64,000 nucleotides of DNA from the human T2T-CHM13v2.0 reference genome, Homo sapiens. Positions 33,189 to 44,719 of the stretch are shown one piece after another. The stretch lies in assembly GCF_009914755.1 (NCBI RefSeq), contig NC_060927.1, one strand, 5' to 3'. The translations under genes and the position numbers were made by a program. Below the pieces are notes generated by a model. The model was not told the DNA's origin. It ran no database searches and was given only the letters and a program-made list of their open reading frames with translations. The stretch's first letter is position 1. Every line of letters begins with the position of its first letter.

Positions 33189-34752
33189 TATCTATTCATT
33201 GCTAAAACAAGGCACTGTTGGGGAAATACAATTATAGAAATAAAGATAACATCTTTGTCTCTGAAGATCACACTTTAGGGACAGAAGTAAAACCTGTAAT
33301 GCTAAAGAATCTAGAGTGGGGTATGTAAGGACAATGCTAGCTGGGTGATGGATACACAGCAAGGGCTGGAGGGATTCCAGAGAAGCAGTCTGTGGGAAGT
33401 GGCATAAATTAATGGTGAGACAGGTTGACAACACTATGCTGTATTTATAAGAGAGTTTAGGTTTCAGGTACCATTAAAAGAAGAAAAATATGAGGCTTAA
33501 TACCTCAAAAAGTGTTTCTCTATGTATGAAAAAAACAGGAAACCACAGAGAACTGAGGAGAGATACCACATCAGATGCCATTTAGAAGAAACACACGTCA
33601 GGCTCTGATTAAGGTTAACAAAATGCTGCTGTTTTTTTTTTAAAAAAAGGAACACTTTTAAGAATATTAGGAAGCTGTTGATTTACAATGAAGTATAAAT
33701 ATGCAATTATGTCCAGCTTCATTATAATTACCATAAAACTAATGTCTAAGAAGTACATTTTTCTTTTCCAAATTAAAGTTTCAAATACTCAACACACAAA
33801 AGGGACATTGATCATGATACTCAGAGTAAAAAAAATATGATCAGGGAACCACTGACTTCAGAACAGTATAAATTTTATTTTTCGTATGAAGAAGTTAAAG
33901 CATTTTTGTTTCGTATATAAAGTATACAACGTAAAGTGGTCAAATTGTCAATATTTATTTTGTGTATAACATATAAAGTTTTTTTAAAAAGGCCAAATAG
34001 ACATCTTCCACATCTGTTACTATAAAAATTATTCTAATCTAGCATTTACAGTGAATTCAATTCATAACTCTTTTGAGCACTCAGTGATTTCCCAGAGCCA
34101 GTTATACGAGATGTATGAACTTAAGAAAATTTTAGTCTAATGTACCCCTTCATAATAACAATTTACAAAAGGACAAGCTACATTTCCACAGTACTTGTGT
34201 AAATGAAACTTTGTCAGATTACTTGTGATAAACCTCAAATCCAAAGAGGCATTCACTGGAATCTTAATTAGTGGTAGTAATAGGGATTAGGGAGCCAGGG
34301 CACTATTTTGTTAACTTTTCATATATGAGTGTTTGCGCAACAGATAACCCTCATTTGATCACTTCAGCAAAACACCCATTATTGTGTAGGAGGTGGGGCT
34401 GGGGAACAGAGGTAGGGGGAAGGGGATTTCAAGAATGAAGAATAGAAATAGAGTACAACAACAAAGTCTTTAAAAACAAACAAAAAAATTAGATTATTCT
34501 AAACTGTTGCACTAAGGCTCTAAACTTTCTTAAGACTAAGTGGCTACCATTCTTCTCTGAGGTATATGAGAGGAAGGGAACCCAGAAAGCATGAATTTTC
34601 ACACCTCCATTTAAACTTCTGCAAAAAGACAGTGGTGGTTTCTACTACCTCTTCCTTTAGAGATGAAGCAAATGAGAGAAAATATCAATAGCAAATTGTT
34701 TTACAAATGTAGAAATTTCAGGGTGCTGGCAGAGACCTGGGAAGAAGAAAAG

Positions 34753-34756
<4 letters not shown>

Positions 34757-34824
<68 letters not shown>
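34757..34824. repeat. (GA)n microsatellite, about 33 units with one interruption
   Basis: Read directly from the sequence. Confidence 0.95.
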
Positions 34825-34827
<3 letters not shown>

Positions 34828-35280
34828 TAAAAAGGCCAACTAAACTCCAAGTTTTCACTAATCCAAAAATCTTTCAATATATTCTATTGACCCTTACAAT
34901 TATAAACCACTTAAGTTGCAGGCTGAATCGCTTTTAAAATACAGTGAACAAGTATAAGTAACTGTCAATCTACAAAGAATAGAATACATGACCAATGGAT
35001 AGCCATGCACCTGTAATAATAATATAATTTCAGGATCTTTTTATTTCAAATAAGAGTAAGAACTGCCATTTATTGATGGCTTACTACCACCTATCTATTA
35101 CACAGAAATCTATTAATGACTTTTTGTTAAAGTGATAGTTCTGTTCATATAATATCATGAGAGATAAGAACATGATAAATAAGACTATGTTATAATCCTG
35201 TTATTAGATAATGAGTTCTAGTCTGTCTACCAAAAAACAATAGTAAACCTCTTTAAAGTCTTGAAAAACAGTATCTTTTC

Positions 35281-35541
35281 TTTTTTTTTTTTTTTTTTTA
35301 TTATACTCTAAGTTTTAGGGTACATGTATGTGCACATTGTGCAGGTTAGTTACATATGTATACATGTGCCATGCTGGTGCGCTGCACCCACTAATGTGTC
35401 ATCTAGCATTAGGTATATCTCCCAATGCTATCTCTCCCCCCTCCCCTGACCCCACCACAGTCCCCAGAGTGTGATATTCCCCTTCCTGTGTCCATGTGAT
35501 CTCATTGTTCAATTCCCACCTATGAGTGAGAATATGCGGTG
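35281..35541 (-). mobile_element. L1HS-Ta, 5'-truncated (3'UTR only), 18-bp TSD
   Basis: Minus strand reads gatgacACAttagtggg and aaacttaGagtataat (the Ta diagnostics). gaaaaacagtatcttttc occurs at 35263-35280 and 35542-35559. Confidence 0.95.
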
Positions 35542-35879
35542 GAAAAACAGTATCTTTTCAAAGACAATGGGATTAATCAGATGCAGGGAAATAAATCTGG
35601 AAAGGTGTCAGCTGGTCAGTAGTTGACAAATCACTTAATCTTCCAGGCTTGTTTTCTCCTGTGTAAATGTGGAGAAGTGTATTAGATATTCTAATTTGAA
35701 AATCCTGCAATTTTAAGAAAAGGTAAGAAGAATGGAAAATAGAAAGTGTGAGAAGAATGATTTCTTTTAAAAAAAAAAAAGGTAAAATATTTTCATGAAA
35801 CCACTAGTTCATAAAAGGCTACAGGGTTTTAGTTTCAACTGATAGGAAAAAATGAAAAACATTTCATACAACAAAGGGT

Positions 35880-37050
35880 GAACATCAACAGAAGCCAGGG
35901 TGTTTGCAAACAGGAACTTCTGTATACTACTGGTGTGAATGAGAATTTACACAGTACTTCTAGAAGGCAATTTGGAAACAAATTTCAAAAGCCTATACAT
36001 TATGACTAAGAACATCTACTTCTAGGGATTTCACCTAAGGAAATTATGTCCAAAAAATACATAGCAGCCAAAGGCCCATCCACAAGTCTTTTATATGCAG
36101 TGTTGTTTATAAGAGCAAAATATTTGAAAACAAATACGTTCACTAGTAACAATTTTGCGCAGAAAAATATTTATTGTCGTGGAAAAGTGTTCATGGGATA
36201 CTACTAAATGGAAATAGTATTTTTAAAATTTTGTCCTTTATGATCCAATGTTAAACTATAATGTCTGGAGATGCCACAAATTTAATAACTGGCTTGTGGA
36301 AGGGATTATAAGTGATTTCAAAAATATATTTTCTGTATTTGTTCATGGTTTTTAACTTTTTATATGTCTAATATGCTCTAGTGTACTAAAAGAATAGAAG
36401 ATGTACTAAAACTTTTAAATGTATATAATCGTAGAAGAATCAATGAAAACCACAAAGCAGTGTCTGCTTATGACATAGCTTTATATGTAGAAAATACAAA
36501 AATTTTACAGATTAAACTATAGGAAATAAGAAAATTGAACATGGTTGCTGAACACAAAATTGATATAAAATATCAGTTGTAGTTTTATATTGGCTATATA
36601 TAACTAGAAAATGAAACTTTAAACATTTAATTTTTATAATGCTATCTAAAAGTCCCAAATAAATAGAAATAAAGCTAACAATAGATGAGCAAGGCAAAAA
36701 TATCAACATACACCCATACACAGAGATATAAAAAACATAAATAAAGGTATGTAACACTTTAATGGTAGATTCATATTATAAAGAGTCAGTTCTTCCCAAA
36801 TTAGTCTAAAAATTTAATGTAACTCAAATAAACAATCCCAGGAGGTATTTTTTGTAGTAGATACTAAAAACTGGTTCTGAACTTTATGGGACATGCAAGA
36901 GTCAAGAACAAAAAAGGTAATCTTCACTAGGAACATTAACAAGTATGTACTCTTTACATTAATTAAGACAATGTGGCATTGGTACAAGCATAAACAAATA
37001 GATGGAACAAAACTAAAATTTTAGAAACTTATGTACCCATATATAAACAC
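35880..37050 (+). mobile_element. Old L1M fragments (3'UTR-like and ORF2-like pieces)
   Basis: aaacaggaacttc..ggcaatttgg; gtcagttcttcccaaatta..aagacaatgtggcattggtacaag. Confidence 0.6.
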
Positions 37051-37054
37051 TGGA

Positions 37055-37494
37055 TGATAGAGTTTGGGTATTTGCTCCCCCCAAACCTCATATTGAACTG
37101 TAATCCTCAATTTTGGAGGTAGAGCCCAGTGGGAGGTGATCGGATCATGGGAGCATATTTCCAATGAATGGTTTAGCACCATCTCCTTGGTGCCATCCTG
37201 ACGACAATGAGTTCTTACAAGATCTGGTTGTTTAAGTGCACGGCACCTCCCCTTGCTCTCTCTTGCTCCTGCTCTCACCACATGTGACATGCAGGCTCTG
37301 TTTCACCTTCTGCCATGAGCAAAAGCTCTCTGAGGCCTGCCTGGAAGCCAAGCAGATGTTAATACCATGCCTGTACAGCCTGCATAACCAAGGGCCCAAT
37401 AAACCTCTTCTCCTTGATGTTATATATCCAGTTTCTGTGTTAGGTTGTTTTAGCAGTGCTATAAAGAAATACCTGAGACTGGGTAATTTATAAA
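37055..37494 (+). mobile_element. MST (MSTA/B-like MaLR) solo LTR with its 3' end inverted
   Basis: tgatagagtttgg..aataaacctctt; the terminal ~59 bp is present as a reverse complement at 37436-37494. Confidence 0.85.
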
Positions 37495-38720
37495 TAAATA
37501 ATCAAATGAATAGGTTAATTGTGGTACAGCTATACAATGAAGGAAGGAGAATGAACAAAGTACTGCTACATGCAAGTAAAGAGTTGAATTCCATAAACAT
37601 AAAGAGAGGAAGAAGCCAGTTTTTTCCAAAAGAGTATAATTAGTATGATTTCAACTATGTATGATTTATGATGGCATGTATCAGAACTACTGGGTGGTGA
37701 CTATGTGCGACTTTCTGACGCGCTGAGAGAGGGCGTCTTCCAAGATGCAGGCAGCAAGGTATTACTACTTTATCTGGGTAGGAGATAAACATGGATACAT
37801 ACTGTAAACATGGATTATGTTTACTTCATAAAAATTTCTCACTCTATATGTATGATTTGTGTACTTTTCCCCATGTACATTAAACTTCAATCATATATTT
37901 AAATTTTAAAAAATATTACACTAAAAATCTAAGACTAAAAATCAGATACATGGGAATGAACAAAGTAACTACCATAATACAAACAAGGAAATCAACATGT
38001 TTGTTTATTGTTGGTTTGTTTTGTTGCTGTGGTATTAGTGGTGGCAGGTGTTTAAGATCCATTGTAGCTCAGGAATATATACTGTCATCCTCATTTTAAA
38101 CAAAAAGAAAATATGTTCTATATTCAGCAGCCCAACTCTATTTCTAATTTTATGTAAATGTTGTCAGAAAATTCACCTTGGTCAACTAAGATATGTTCAA
38201 TGTCAGTATCTTTAAACAGAGGGCAAGCTTTGTTCAGAAGATAATAGGATATTTGTAACATATTTGATATGTTTTGATTACATTATGGACACAAAATATT
38301 AGCGCTGTGATTCCTAAATCTGTTGACATTTTGTATACAGTTATTCCTTAAATCCAACCTTCTTTTATCATGACTCCATTTTTTAAGAATATGAAGATAG
38401 ATTCTTATGGGACCATTATTACTCTTGCTGTTCTATCAATAAGGGAAAAGCAATTGTTTTCCAGCAACCCACAGAAACAGCATATCAAAACACTCTGGTT
38501 ACATAGTCACCATACAGCAAGTCATCTTTGATAGGATGGCAACCATAGTTACCAAGGATATTCATAATTAGATTGAACCACTCTTCCTTATACATGAAAA
38601 TTCCTGACACGATAAAGACACAGATGCTGGGTATTTATGCTGCATAATTTTTATTTGTCAAAAAGCTCATAACACTTTGTCTCTAGTGCAGATAAGCACT
38701 ACTGTCGCTTATTGTTTGTG

Positions 38721-40232
38721 TGTCACTTTTCCAGCCAGAAACCTCTGTGATTGGTTGCGCCATTACCCGAGTTTTGCTCAGGCCTGCTGGGCTCATTCCA
38801 CTGACTCAACCTGGCGGGCCACGCTCACCATGCACTACCAGCACAGATCCCACACCTGCCAAGGACGAGTCAGATGCGGAGCAGCAAGTGGTGCATGAAC
38901 AAGTGAGCATGGAGTCCAGCCACTGCGCACAGCCAAGCACACTGGCTGCTGTAGCAGGGCGGGCAGCTCCAGGCACCAGCACAGGCACCGGCTCTGGGCA
39001 AGCCAGTGGCTGGATCTGATGCACAGCAAGTGGCTTCCACTGTGGGCACCTGTGTCTGGAGGAGGGGAACCAGTGGCACCCAAAAGCTTGGAGACTCCAG
39101 AAACTGCAGTCCCCCAAATGGGGCTTCACAGCCTAGCTCAGGGAGCCTGTAGGTGTGGGCTCCCCAAAGGGCCACAGCTCTTCTCTCCTTCTCATTGCCC
39201 ACAATGTGGGGCGTGAAGGGGGTGGAGGGTGGGCACATTTCAGCCCTGTTTGTGTTACTGTTTTTTCAGTCCTGCCATTTGGCAGGCCCTGAGTTCTTGT
39301 CCCGTGTCCAGGAAGAATGAGGTATACAAACAACTGGAGGGTGGGAAGGCAGAAAGGAGCTTTACTGAGCAGCAGAACAGCACTCAGGAAACCCAGAGTG
39401 GGTAGCTCCTTTCTGCAGGCAGATCATCCCAAGGAGTCAAAGAGACTCAAATTGGGTAGCTTCTTCCTGTAGCTGGTAGTCTGATGTCTGTGTGAGTCTG
39501 GCTGGGTCTGGAGTTTTTCATGGGCTCAGAAGGAAGGAAGTGTGTGCTGACTGGTCCAAGGGCAGGCCCAGAAAAAGCTCCGTAAGTTTTCACTCCCACT
39601 GTGAACTCCACCAGGAACTGACAGCCCGGCCCTGAGGCTGTAGGCTGTCCCTGTCTTGAAGGTAGGGCTTCAATGGGGACCTGCCCCTTTCCACCCATGA
39701 GCCTGTCTGCCTCCTGCTGCCACCAATCATGTCATCTACAGGCTGTTTCTGTGGAGGGTCACCTGCAGGCCCATGCGGAGCTACCCTCAGCCCAACCCCG
39801 TCGGCCTCCCTCCAGTGCTCCTTGGTCCCAAAGTCTGGAAAGGGATGCGGTGGCAGGGGGCTGGCATGTCAGCGCCACCCTGAGTGTGTGCACACCCAGC
39901 CAGGTCACAACAGTGCCCAGGCTTGGCCACAGCTTTGCTCCATCCCAGAGCAGGCACTGTGAGCAGGGTGAGGCCAGACAGCAGGAGCAGGCACTTCCAA
40001 GCCTGCTGGGGTAGGGGGACTTCCTGGGCCCCCAAGAGTATAGGGATGCCCAGGTCCATAGCTGCAGCTGCTCCTGGAAGCATGGGGCTCCAACCCCACC
40101 AACTCGGAAGAGGGTGGGGCTCCTGCCTGTTCCCAGATCCCACCTGCTCCATAGAGCACACAGCCCTGGCCATGCCTCCCCTACTGCAGCATCTTTGCAG
40201 CAGCCACTCCAGATGGGCAGCTGGGGCCATCA
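38721..40232 (-). mobile_element. MER52-like ERV1 solo LTR (GC-rich, ~1.5 kb)
   Basis: Minus strand starts tgatgg..ccatctggagtggctgctgc and ends cacagaggtttctggctggaaaagtgaca. It accounts for the dense ORF cluster here. Confidence 0.8.
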
Positions 40233-41280
40233 TTACTTCTCTGTATAGTGGACAAGTATCTTTCACATATTCATATTCTGCAGCCTAAATCTATAATCAT
40301 ATTTTTATAAGATTGCAGGAACACAGGAAATAGTGTCTTTAGTATTATTTCTAATCTTCTCAATTATTTTGTTCACATGATAGATTTAATGCTTTCTAAC
40401 TTCTGGTCTCACATCCTAACCTTGGAACATAATAAACAATAAATTTGCTATAGTCATAAAATTATTTGTACATAATTCTATTTATTTTCCAACTTAGAAA
40501 ATAAAGTTCATTAGTGGAAAGGAACAGGAAGAGAAGCTGCAAGTATAATCCATAATAATGTGTAAAAATTCCATTAAAAATTTTTCCACTTAGAAGCCAC
40601 TGACTGTAAAAAATAGAAAGATTCAGGTTTTAAACAATGAATACTTGTTCTTTTCTTTCTAAAGTACAACTGTTCTTCAGTATATATTCTCTGAAAGTTC
40701 ACCAATACAGGATAAATTCATGAGATACAGCAGCTCATGGGTTATGCAAGATACCTTTGATATGCTGAAATCAGATTAAATAAAATAAAAAAATTTCATA
40801 CTCTAGAAAGTGCTACCAAAGAGAGGTTTAAGTAAGGCTTTAAAATGATCCTCCCTTTAGCAATGAGAGCTCAGAATTACAAACAAAAAAAAAAAGTCAA
40901 TAATAAAACAAAGTTCCTTGTAAGTCTCTCAACATGAGCCAATTAAATTAACAACCAATGAGTGAAGTCTCCTAGATGTATAAGATAAACTGAGGCAAAA
41001 AATAAAGAGCTTCTGATAACATTTCTAAAACCCTGAAAGAAAAAACTCTGCATATATTGTTGTGCATAATTAAATCCATCAAAAAGTCCTTTTAATAAAA
41101 CTACTGATATTTTAAATAACTCCTTTGTTATTAAAGATTAACAAAACAAAAACAAATCTATACAAGAAAAACAACTACTGCATTTCCTATTAATAACCAA
41201 CATTTAAAATAAGGAAGAATAGAAAGATCAATCATTAGCAGTCTATTACCGAAATGTAAATACCTACACACTGACTTTAT

Positions 41281-41597
41281 TGTTGTTGTTTTTGTTTTTC
41301 ATTTCATTTTGTTTTGTGGCAGGGTCTCATTCTGTCACCCAGGCTGGAGTGCAGTAGCATGATCTTGGCTCACTGCAACCTCGACCTCCCAGGCTCAAGT
41401 GATTCTGGTGCCTCAGCCTCGTTAAGTAGCTGGGATTAAAGTGTGCGCCACCATGCCTAGCTAATTTTTGTATTTTTTGTAGAGACAGAGTTATGCCATG
41501 TTGCCAGGCTGGTCTCGAACTTCTGGACTCAAGTGATCCACCTGCCTTGGCCTCCCAAAATACTGGGATTACAGGCATGAGCCACTGCACCCACCCC
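41281..41597 (-). mobile_element. AluJ
   Basis: Dimer; acactga(c/t)ttt on both flanks. Confidence 0.88.
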
Positions 41598-41617
41598 CTA
41601 AACACTGATTTTAATAA

Positions 41618-43943
41618 TGATATGGTTTGGCTGTTTCCCCACCCAAATCTCATCTTGAATTGTAGCTCCCATAGTTCCCACATGTTGTGGGAGGGACCAG
41701 GTGGGAGATAATTGAATCATGGGGGCAGTTTCCGACATTCTATTCTTGTGGTAGTAAATAAGCCACATGAGATCTGAGGGTTTTATAGGGGTTTCCCTTT
41801 TTGCTTAGCTCTCATATTTTCTCTTCTCTGCTGCCATGTAAGATGTGCCTTTTATCTTCTGCCATGATTGTGAGGTCTCCCCAGCCACATGGAACTGTGA
41901 GCCCATTAAACCTCTTTTTCTTTATAAATTACCCAATTTTGAGTATGTCTTTTTCAGCAACATGAAAATGTACTAATACAGTAAATTGGTGCCAGTAGAG
42001 TGGGGTGCTGCTGTAAAGATACTCAAAAACTGTGGAAGCAACTTTGGAACTGGATAACAGGGAGAGGTTGGAACAGTTTGGAGGGCTCAGAAGAAGAGAG
42101 GAAGATGTGGGAAAGTTTGGAACTTCCTAGACACTTGTTGAATGGTTTTGACGAAAATGCTGATAGTGATATGGACAATGAAGTGCAGGTTAAGGTGGAC
42201 TGAGATGGAGATGGGGAACTTGTTGGGAACTGAAGTAAAGGTGACTCTTGCTACGTTTTAGCAAAGAGACTGGCAGCATTTTGCCCCACCCTAGAGATCT
42301 GTGTAACTTTTAACTTCAGAGAGATAATTTAGGGCATCTGGCAGAAGAAACTTCTAAGCAGCAAAGCATTCAAGAGGTGACTTGGGTACTGTTAAAAGCA
42401 TTAAGTTTTATTCATTCACAAAGATATGATATGGAATTGGAACTTATGTTTCAAGAAGAAGCGGAGCATTAAAGTTCAGAAAATTTGCAGCCTGACAATG
42501 TGATAAAAAAGAAAAACACATTCTCTGAGAAGAACCTCAAGCTGGCTGCAGAAATTTGTATAAGTAAGGAGGAGCCAAATGTTAATCACCAAGACAATGA
42601 GGAAAATGTCTCCAGGGCATGTCAGAGGTCTTCACGGCAGCTTCTCTCATCACAGGCCTGGAGGCCTAGGAAGAAAAAATGGTTTCATTGGCTGTACCCA
42701 AGGCCTTGCTGCTTTGTGCAGTCTCAGGACTTGGTGCCCTGCATCCCAGCCATGGCTATAAGGGGCCAATGTTGAACTCAAGCTTTTATTTCAGAGGGTG
42801 CAAGCCTCAAGCCTTGGCAGCTTCCACATGGTGTTTGAGCCTGCAGGTGCACAGAAGTCAAGAAGTTAAGGTATAGGAATCTCTGCCTAGATTTCAGAAG
42901 ATGTATGGAAATGCTTGGACATCCAGGTAGAAGTTTGCTGCAGGGGCAGGGCTCTTGTGGAGGTAGACATCTGCTGCAGGGGCAGAGCCCTACCTCTGCT
43001 AGAGCAGTGTGGGAGGGAAATGTGGGGCTGAAGCCCCCACACAGAGTCTCCACTGGGGCACTGACTAGTGGAGCTGTAAGAAGAGGGCCACCGTCCTCCA
43101 GACCCCAGAATAGTAGATCTACCAACATTTTGCACCATGCACCTGGAAAAGCCAGACACTCAACATCAGCCCATGAAAGCAACCAAGAGGGAAACTGTAC
43201 CCTGCGAAGCCACGGGGTGGAGCTGCCCAAGAGCATGAGAGCCCACCTCTTACAACAGCGTGCCCTGGACGTGAGACACGGAGTCAAAGGAAATCATTTT
43301 GGAGCTTTAAGGTTTGACTGGCCCGCTGGATTTCGGACTTGTGTGGGGCCTGTAGACCCTTTGTTTTGGCCAATTTCTCCCATTCAGAATGGCTGTATTT
43401 CCCAGTGCCTGTATCCCCATTGTACCTAGGAAGTAACTAACTTGCTTTTGATTTTACTGGCTCATAAGTGCAAGGGACTCTTGTTATCTCAGATAAGACT
43501 CTGGACTGTGGACTTTTGAGTTAATGCTGGAATGAGTTAAGACTTTGGGGGATTGTTGCGAAGGCATGATTGTGTCTTGGAATGTGAGGACATGAGATAT
43601 GGGAGGGGCCAGTGGCAGAATGACATCGTTTGGCTGTGTCCCCACCCAAATTTCATCTTGAATTGTTAGCTCCCATAATTCCCACATGTTGTAGAAAGGA
43701 CCTAATAGGAGGTATTTGAATCATGGGAGTGGTTTCCCACAAACTATTCTTGTGGTAGTGAATAAATCTCACATTGGCTCTCATTTTCTCTCATCTGCTG
43801 CCACGTAAGAAGTGCCTTTCGCCTTCCACCACGATTGTGAGGCCTCCCTAGTCATGTGGAACTGTGAGTGCATTAAACTTCTTTTTCTTTATAAATTAGT
43901 CTCAGGTAGGTCTTTATCAGCAGCATGAGAACAGACTAATATA
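41618..43943 (+). mobile_element. Full-length THE1 (B/C-like) MaLR: LTR 41618-41980, internal region, LTR 43621-43943
   Basis: Two homologous LTRs (tgatatggtttggctg..ctaataca), THE1-int sequence between them, 5-bp TSD aataa/agtaa. Confidence 0.92.
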
Positions 43944-43999
43944 AGTAAGTTTTATTTACTTTGCTATTAAGTCACACTTTCTCTACCAGCAGAACATGA

Positions 44000-44390
44000 T
44001 CCTAAAAAACCAAAGAATGAGATTCTACTCTTCTTGCAAGCTAAGAAGTTGGCCTATCACAGTTTCATGTATAGTGGCAGAAGATACTGGGTTTCTGTCA
44101 AAGGACTGGGTCAGAGTCAAAGGACTTTGTTACTCACAGCAAGAGCAGTGGCTAGAGTACCAGCATTTTCTTGCCCTTGTTCCCTAAACACAAATTCTCC
44201 TAAAAGATGCAAAGAGGGCCAGGTGACATCTGCATACACTGTGGGTTTGATTCTGGAGTAGAACCTAGAACTTAAGGAACCCAAATATTTTGTAATGGAT
44301 AATGCATATCCTTTGACCCAGGGAGAAATACTACCTCTATTTTACAAGGCTTTAAGATCCTTGCTCTAGAAGGAGACCTTCTCTCTCTTT
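44000..44390. mobile_element. Possible old ERV LTR fragment
   Basis: gcaagctaagaagtt..aaaggactttgttactcacagc resembles ancient LTR families; family not resolved. Confidence 0.35.
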
Positions 44391-44719
44391 ATTGACCCAA
44401 GTAGACACATCCAGCAGAGAAGAGAACAAATGTTTAGAGGATTAAGACCAGGACCTCTATAAATCCAGGGGCACACACTATTAGTCCAGTGGTTCCAAAT
44501 AGCTTTCAGATATTAAAAAATCAAATATCTGGGGACCAGGTATATAATATAAATTAGTAAAGATGTCCAGGAAAGGATTGTGATGAATTAGAAGAGAGAT
44601 TATCTAAGAAAAACAGCTGGCACACAGGTCTAGCCAATTGCTGTCATATCACAATTCATACCTATTGTTGCCATCATTCCCAGTTTTTCAGTTTCAAAAC
44701 AGTATTTTTTGTGTGAAAC

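Noticed and set aside
38677-40288. Dense cluster of overlapping 65-159 aa ORFs on both strands
   Set aside because: All fall in the GC-rich MER52-like LTR, where stop codons are rare; no recognisable domain.
42000-43687. ORFs up to 174 aa
   Set aside because: Decayed THE1 internal and LTR sequence.
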